From a virus (Duplodnaviria; Heunggongvirae; Uroviricota; Caudoviricetes), in IMG/VR virus record IMGVR_UViG_3300028991_000022: a stretch of 34,776 bases of DNA. One strand, given 5' to 3'. Under the pieces are notes generated by a model, which searched no databases, had not been told where the DNA came from, and saw nothing but the letters and a program-made list of their open reading frames with translations. The first letter of the stretch is position 1. Each line of letters opens with the position of its first letter. This document shows, in pieces, positions 30,621 through 34,776 of this stretch. The translations under genes and the position numbers were made by a program.

Positions 30621-30974
30621 CTACCCCAGATGAGTAATCCGAAGTTCATCCATACCACAGGTCCTGGCTATTCTGTTGTACTCCTGAACAAGAGCAAATA
30701 ATTCTGAATTAGCAACCATGAACTCATCGCAAACCCTCTGTATAGCATCACTATTCAGAATAATAACGTCTCTTCCCGAAAGACGATCAGGAGCACAGAA
30801 CAAAACTGTCAAACGGCTGAAGGCCTTTGCTCGTGCTGCATTGACTATATCAATACGCTGCCTAAGGATGAAACACCCCGACGCCTCATCAATATTCACT
30901 CTACCCACACCATATGAATGATAAATATTTAATGCTGAAAAAACCATTAGACCGTATAACAAACACTCAATCAA
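30621..30974 (-). CDS. Hypothetical protein (117 aa), first gene of the moron locus downstream of the tRNAs
   Basis: ORF MIECLLYGLMVFSALNIYHSYGVGRVNIDEASGCFILRQ...; hydrophobic N-terminus; no recognised motif. Start uncertain. Confidence 0.45.
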   Translation of the reverse strand: MIECLLYGLMVFSALNIYHSYGVGRVNIDEASGCFILRQRIDIVNAARAKAFSRLTVLFCAPDRLSGRDVIILNSDAIQRVCDEFMVANSELFALVQEYNRIARTCGMDELRITHLG

Positions 30975-31084
30975 TACTTAACAGAACTTTTATTTTTGAC
31001 AAACATATTATGTTTTCAACAATATCCTGAGCCAGGTATATTCCAGTATAAGGCTCTGCCGGAAGGAATCTGGAAGAATGAATA

Positions 31085-31161
31085 TGGCGCGCTGTACTGG
31101 ATTCGAACCAGTGACCGATTGCTTAGAAGGCAATTGCTCTGTCCGGCTGAGCTAACAACGC
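31085..31161 (-). tRNA. tRNA-Arg (anticodon UCU)
   Basis: 77-nt minus-strand sequence GCGTTGTTAGCTCAGCCGGACAGAGCAATTGCCTTCTAAGCAATCGGTCACTGGTTCGAATCCAGTACAGCGCGCCA; cloverleaf with anticodon loop CTTCTAA (UCU), T-arm GGTTCGAATCC and encoded CCA. Confidence 0.9.
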
Positions 31162-31229
31162 TGAATACCGATAATGGACCGCCATCGGGGACCCGCCCCC
31201 GCACCAACAACCCTGTTATCGTGTCGTCT

Positions 31230-31270
31230 NNNNNNNNNNNNNNNNNNNNNNNNNNNNNNNNNNNNNNNNN
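31230..31270. other. Assembly gap (41 N)
   Basis: Run of n characters; removes the 3' CCA end of the adjacent tRNA and may hide a further tRNA. Confidence 0.95.
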
Positions 31271-31344
31271 GTGGCCCTTGCTGGATTTGAACCAGCGACC
31301 TGGCGATTATGAGTCGCTCGCTCTCACCACTGAGCTAAAGGGCC
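31271..31344 (-). tRNA. tRNA-Ile2-like (anticodon CAU, lysidine-type) or tRNA-Met; 3' end truncated by the gap
   Basis: Minus strand GGCCCTTTAGCTCAGTGGTGAGAGCGAGCGACTCATAATCGCCAGGTCGCTGGTTCAAATCCAGCAAGGGCCAC; anticodon loop CTCATAA; closely resembles E. coli ileX-type tRNA as recalled. Confidence 0.85.
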
Positions 31345-31383
31345 GGGAGCAGAATAATAACGGTCCGTAATTAATTCCGCAAT

Positions 31384-31412
31384 AAAAAACCCGCTCGGCG
31401 GCGGGTTGTAGA
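31384..31412 (-). terminator. tR'-like rho-independent terminator downstream of the late promoter
   Basis: Minus strand reads AACCCGC-CGCCGA-GCGGGTT followed by TTTTATT; about 45-60 nt downstream of the predicted pR' start site. Confidence 0.7.
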
Positions 31413-31454
31413 AACTCTTCTAACGTCAGGCATAAAAAGCCCATCATTATGACG

Positions 31455-31482
31455 AATTTACCACAGATTCCGGAAAAATCAA
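31455..31482 (-). promoter_or_regulatory. pR'-like late promoter (with presumed Q-utilisation site)
   Basis: Minus strand reads TTGATT-(16 nt)-TAAATT immediately downstream of the Q stop codon; compare lambda pR' TTGACT-(17)-TAAATT as recalled. Confidence 0.7.
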
Positions 31483-31487
31483 CCTTG

Positions 31488-32309
31488 TTACCTAGTTACC
31501 TTTTTTAACTGCCGCTCAGCCCATGCTTCTTCAATATCAAACCGGGTCACCAGCGCATCATAGAATTTCTTAACTGTTTTTTCCCATGACGCGCGTGTTA
31601 TCTGGTTTGTCACCTCGCATATAGCATTAAATGCCTCCGTTGATGGTAGTCTTTCATAGCCACGACCACCACAACGCTGGCAGTCTCTGATAACAGGCAT
31701 ACCACGTTTTACCGACTCTTCACGGTGAATGGCGACACCACGCCCACGGCAATCCTTACAGGCGGTGGAAACCTCACCCTTTCCGCCACACTCCGGACAG
31801 GCAACTTTTACCACCTCCCTGACTTTTTTCCATTCTTCCCAGTAAGACGGATACACACCTTTCGTACACTTTGCCCATACCGGCGGCTTACCATCCGGAT
31901 ACTGGACCTTGTTTGTAAAAACTATGCTTTCAATAAATTTTTCCCCATAGCAACAAGGGCACTGCTTTTTACTCGCTGCGCTGCGGGCATAATCCTCAAA
32001 AGCGTACGAAGCCATAATGCGCATCACTACCGGTTTTATTTCTGCCGGAAGTTTTCTCAACGCCGCCACACGATCGCACCGACTGAGTGCATAATCTGCC
32101 AGTAATTCTGTTGCCCGCGCCCTGTCATTCATACTGATGCCCATTTTCCCCAGGAACGCAGAAAAACCCATCTCAGCCCGATTCTGTGTCATGCCCTGCG
32201 CGGCCATCACATCAGTGATACTCAGCGCATCTTTTGACGTTGAGGCCGATGCATCGGTCAGGCCAGGGGATTTTGGGGAGTAGTATTTCGGTAAATCTTC
32301 CAGTTTCAT
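31488..32309 (-). CDS. Q: Late gene antiterminator Q
   Basis: 273-aa ORF directly upstream of the pR'-like promoter; Cys-rich repeats CPECGGKG, CKDCRGRG and CQRCGGRG (CxxCxGxG zinc-finger type) plus CPCC; preceded by rusA as in lambdoid nin/Q regions. Confidence 0.85.
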   Translation of the reverse strand: MKLEDLPKYYSPKSPGLTDASASTSKDALSITDVMAAQGMTQNRAEMGFSAFLGKMGISMNDRARATELLADYALSRCDRVAALRKLPAEIKPVVMRIMASYAFEDYARSAASKKQCPCCYGEKFIESIVFTNKVQYPDGKPPVWAKCTKGVYPSYWEEWKKVREVVKVACPECGGKGEVSTACKDCRGRGVAIHREESVKRGMPVIRDCQRCGGRGYERLPSTEAFNAICEVTNQITRASWEKTVKKFYDALVTRFDIEEAWAERQLKKVTR

Positions 32310-32323
32310 TTTTTGACCTGCTC

Positions 32324-32680
32324 TTAATGCATTATGGGGTAAATCTTCACCCCCAGACGTCCACCAGATACTGGCTGACCACGAACGATATTGATTTCAT
32401 CAAACTGCTCATCGTCCATTAACACTCCCGCATGCGTCAGCGCATCCAGCGGTGCTTTCAGTATATTGTCCAGGTCGCGACGACGCTTATCCGGTGGCTC
32501 TGCAATCACCTTTATCGCCAGCCTTCCGGACAGGCTTAATTTCAGCCGCTGCTGGCGAACAATAAGCGCCACAGCCCGGCGATAACGCTTTCCCTCCTCC
32601 GAGATAAAATATGTGCTGCCACGGCGTCGCCAGTAAGTGTTCACCGTCGGCGGGTAAGGTAAAACCAAATCTATGAGCAT
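32324..32680 (-). CDS. rusA: Holliday junction resolvase RusA
   Basis: 118-aa ORF; DKRRRDLDNILKAPLDALTHAGVLMDDEQ matches the RusA catalytic core (K-12 RusA [29 protein letters not shown] as recalled). Confidence 0.9.
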   Translation of the reverse strand: MLIDLVLPYPPTVNTYWRRRGSTYFISEEGKRYRRAVALIVRQQRLKLSLSGRLAIKVIAEPPDKRRRDLDNILKAPLDALTHAGVLMDDEQFDEINIVRGQPVSGGRLGVKIYPIMH

Positions 32681-32692
32681 CAGTCACCTCTT

Positions 32693-33619
32693 TTACCCAA
32701 GCACGCCAGTTGCAAAGGCGTGATCAAGAAAACGAAAAATTAAATCAACCTGAGAACCATGCTTTTCTTCGAACGCCAGAGGATCCGCATGAAGCTCGTT
32801 GTGATGCTCCCGACACAGCGGTAGCGTGAAAATATCGTGAGATTTTGTCCCCATTCCGCCCTGACCATGACCAATCAGGTGATGGGGATCGTCGGCTGGC
32901 TTACCACAACACGCACACGGCTGTGTCTTCACCCAGCGTTTGTATTTCTCGTTAACCCAGCGGCGACGTTTAGGTCGTTTCATGAAAGATTCCGGAGACT
33001 CAGGATCAACGGCAATGCTGACCACCGTCTTTTCCTGTGGTGGGTTCTGTTGCTGGTGGGCGTGAGGCAGCGGCGCAAGATTTTTTGTGCGCTGTTTCAG
33101 TATGCTGGTGGCGGTCTGCTCTCCCGGTACGATGTCGCTTTCACGGTACATTGAGCGGATTTTTTCCGCACGCAACCCCAGCGAACGACGTAATACCGCT
33201 TCCGGTAGCGCGTCCGCCACCTGATTGCAGACCGCCCACCAGGATAATTCAGCCAAAGATAATTCCCGCTCCTGCGTACCGCTTATTGCGTGACGGATGA
33301 CGTCAATCACCCATGCTGTCAGATTTTGTTGAGCAAGCAGCTCCAGTGATTCCGATGTCTGGTCACGCAGTTGGTTGTCGCAGTGCCAGCACAACACCAT
33401 TGCGCCGGTACCATAACGGTGAATGACTGTTTCAGTGTGATGGTAATCGCCATTAGGCCACTGGCAGGATGTAACATGACGTAATAGCCAGTCGGACAAT
33501 GCGCCAACGCCGCCAGCAGCACGAATCACCCGTTCGTTACTAAAAAACGGCAGCAATGTTTTGTCTTCCGCCAGCGGCTGGCGAACGGCAGGAACGACTC
33601 CGGATGGCAGATTACGCAT
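32693..33619 (-). CDS. DUF968-like protein with C-terminal HNH-type Cys/His motif (YdfU-like)
   Basis: Internal ATG at 33617-33619 (MRNLPSGVV...) chosen because the longer ORF to 33781 overlaps the upstream gene. C-terminal CACCGKPADDPHHLIGHGQGG...CREHHNELH is HNH-like. True start uncertain. Confidence 0.6.
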   Translation of the reverse strand: MRNLPSGVVPAVRQPLAEDKTLLPFFSNERVIRAAGGVGALSDWLLRHVTSCQWPNGDYHHTETVIHRYGTGAMVLCWHCDNQLRDQTSESLELLAQQNLTAWVIDVIRHAISGTQERELSLAELSWWAVCNQVADALPEAVLRRSLGLRAEKIRSMYRESDIVPGEQTATSILKQRTKNLAPLPHAHQQQNPPQEKTVVSIAVDPESPESFMKRPKRRRWVNEKYKRWVKTQPCACCGKPADDPHHLIGHGQGGMGTKSHDIFTLPLCREHHNELHADPLAFEEKHGSQVDLIFRFLDHAFATGVLG

Positions 33620-33743
33620 GCTTTTTGGTTCCGGTTCCACCAGCACTCGAGGATTATGAAATATCTGTATGGATTCACGGCCCGGCTTAAGGACCACCAG
33701 CCCAAGCTCAGGCACCAGAACAGGTCTAAGTAATACCCGCACG

Positions 33744-34022
33744 TTACCTCCAGATCCGTTGCTGGAAAGTGCGGGACGCACGTGGTGGGCGTTCGGAATA
33801 AGGCAGCCTGACAGAGATTATCCAGTGCCGATAGTCGAGACTGAGAGCTTTCTTAACCTCGAACCCGCGCCTGCGGTAAGAATGAATCAGCCATTCGGCC
33901 TGTTCTGCAGTGCATGGAGGGTGCTGGAACCATTCAGACTTGAATGCGTGAGAATACCGCCCGTGCGTGCAGGCAAGAACGGGCGAATTATCAGAATTGT
34001 AATATTTTGCGTTGCGTGCCAT
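33744..34022 (-). CDS. Hypothetical nin-region protein (92 aa)
   Basis: ORF MARNAKYYNSDNSPVLACTHGRYSHAFKSEWFQHPPCTAEQ... with 3 Cys; family not recognised. Confidence 0.45.
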   Translation of the reverse strand: MARNAKYYNSDNSPVLACTHGRYSHAFKSEWFQHPPCTAEQAEWLIHSYRRRGFEVKKALSLDYRHWIISVRLPYSERPPRASRTFQQRIWR

Positions 34023-34088
34023 CGGTTTTCTCCGGTGGCACGGTGTTACTCAGCGGGAGTTCAGCCCCGCGCAAGATTGTAGATGAGT

Positions 34089-34340
34089 TTATTCTCCTGA
34101 AAAAGCAGAAAAGCCAGCTTTTATTCCGATCTCTTTCAATGCCTGTAATGAAGTGACAAACTCACCTTCGCGCAAGATAAATCCGTCCGTGACCCGAGCA
34201 TCCACAAAATTAATTAACGCAGCCCCATTCTTTCGCAAACACATAATGCGGTAATGACTAACAAGATTTCCATTTTCAACGCACACAGCATAGAGGCCAT
34301 CTTCACAAAAAATTTTACGCAGTTCTTCGATGTTCATCAT
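34089..34340 (-). CDS. Small prophage protein (83 aa), rem-like by size and position
   Basis: ORF MMNIEELRKIFCEDGLYAVCVENGNLVSHY...; sits between a hok remnant and the DUF968 gene, as rem does in K-12 Qin. Sequence identity not verified. Confidence 0.45.
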   Translation of the reverse strand: MMNIEELRKIFCEDGLYAVCVENGNLVSHYRIMCLRKNGAALINFVDARVTDGFILREGEFVTSLQALKEIGIKAGFSAFSGE

Positions 34341-34460
34341 CAGAATCCTTCCGGATAATTAGCTCTCCCCTTTAAGGGACCATCCCTCTTATCCCTGCGC
34401 GCTACTTAAGTATTTTTGATTCTATTCCGGCACCGTCCAGAACTTCAAACGCGTTGAAAA

Positions 34461-34487
34461 TAAAAACAAAAACCCGCCGAAGCGGGT
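34461..34487 (-). terminator. Rho-independent terminator downstream of the hok remnant
   Basis: Minus strand reads ACCCGC-TTCG-GCGGGT followed by TTTTTGTTTTT. Confidence 0.65.
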
Positions 34488-34556
34488 GAAGTGCGGGTGC
34501 GTTGAGGATGCCTGCCACATCAGAGGTGGCGAGGGATTTCTCCCCCGCCGGGTCTC

Positions 34557-34628
34557 TTACTCCTCAGGTTCGTAAGCTGTGAAGACAGCGACCTCCGTCT
34601 GGCCGGTTCGGATTCGTACCTCGCAGTG
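34557..34628 (-). pseudogene. hokD: hok-family toxin remnant (C-terminal 22 codons only)
   Basis: Minus strand encodes ...HCEVRIRTGQTEVAVFTAYEPEE-stop, matching the HokD/Gef C-terminus, but an in-frame TGA lies two codons upstream and no hydrophobic N-terminal segment is present; upstream 68 bp are unrelated. Confidence 0.7.
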
Positions 34629-34688
34629 TCAACGCAAAGCAGAAGTGTCACCTTCGGTGCGAAACAGAGATGTCATGCTTTGGTTCAG

Positions 34689-34776
34689 TGAACCGCCCCG
34701 GAAATCCTGGAGACTAAACTCCCTGAGAAAGAGGTAAACAGGATGACTAAAAATACTCGTTTTTCCCCCGAAGTCC
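34689..34776 (+). mobile_element. IS3-family insertion sequence (IS629-like), left end; runs off the window end
   Basis: Terminal sequence TGAACCGCCCCGGAAATCCTGGAGACTAAACTCCCTGAGAAAGAGGTAAACAGG followed by the orfA start; matches the IS629 left end as recalled. Confidence 0.75.
34743..34776 (+). CDS. IS3-family transposase OrfA, first 11 codons
   Basis: ATG at 34743 with AGAGG Shine-Dalgarno upstream; translation MTKNTRFSPEV matches the IS629 OrfA N-terminus as recalled. Confidence 0.7.
   Translation, partial: MTKNTRFSPEV

Noticed and set aside
31162-31229. A third tRNA (argN-like) between tRNA-Arg and the gap
   Set aside because: The visible sequence has no canonical T-arm (GTTCRANYC) or acceptor pairing; any such tRNA would have to be largely inside the N gap, so it cannot be supported from this sequence.
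34557-34700. An intact hok/sok toxin-antitoxin locus
   Set aside because: Only the C-terminal 22 codons of Hok are present; an in-frame stop and unrelated sequence replace the N-terminal transmembrane region, and the upstream regulatory region is occupied by the IS end.

Overview
This window is the late (packaging, head, tail, lysis) half of a mosaic lambdoid prophage, most likely from an Escherichia/Shigella-type host (host inferred from IS content and gene families). Almost every gene is on the minus strand, transcribed right-to-left from a pR'-like late promoter just downstream of the Q antiterminator gene. Reading right to left: an IS629-like IS3-family element (partial), a hokD remnant, a rem-like ORF, DUF968, rusA, Q, pR'/tR', tRNA-Ile(CAU), a 41-nt N gap, tRNA-Arg(UCU), then a moron locus at the position stx occupies in Stx phages. 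That locus holds a 117-aa unknown ORF and two tandem lipoproteins carrying a TolA C-terminal (domain III)-like domain; this is the most interesting candidate in the window. Next come a phage-21-type lysis cassette (pinholin with MKSM dual start, DUF1327, SAR endolysin, Rz with embedded Rz1), cspI-like and gnsB-like genes, a candidate cos site, terminase small and large subunits, W, portal, a protease-major-capsid fusion, and a lambda-like tail module (FII, Z, U, V, G/T, H, M, L, K, I, J, lom, stf, tfa). The left end has a plus-strand pin invertase and a partial IS66-family element. All calls rest on reading the supplied ORF translations and the DNA by eye; no database search was run, and family assignments rely on recalled sequence of lambda, phage 21 and E. 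coli K-12 prophage proteins.
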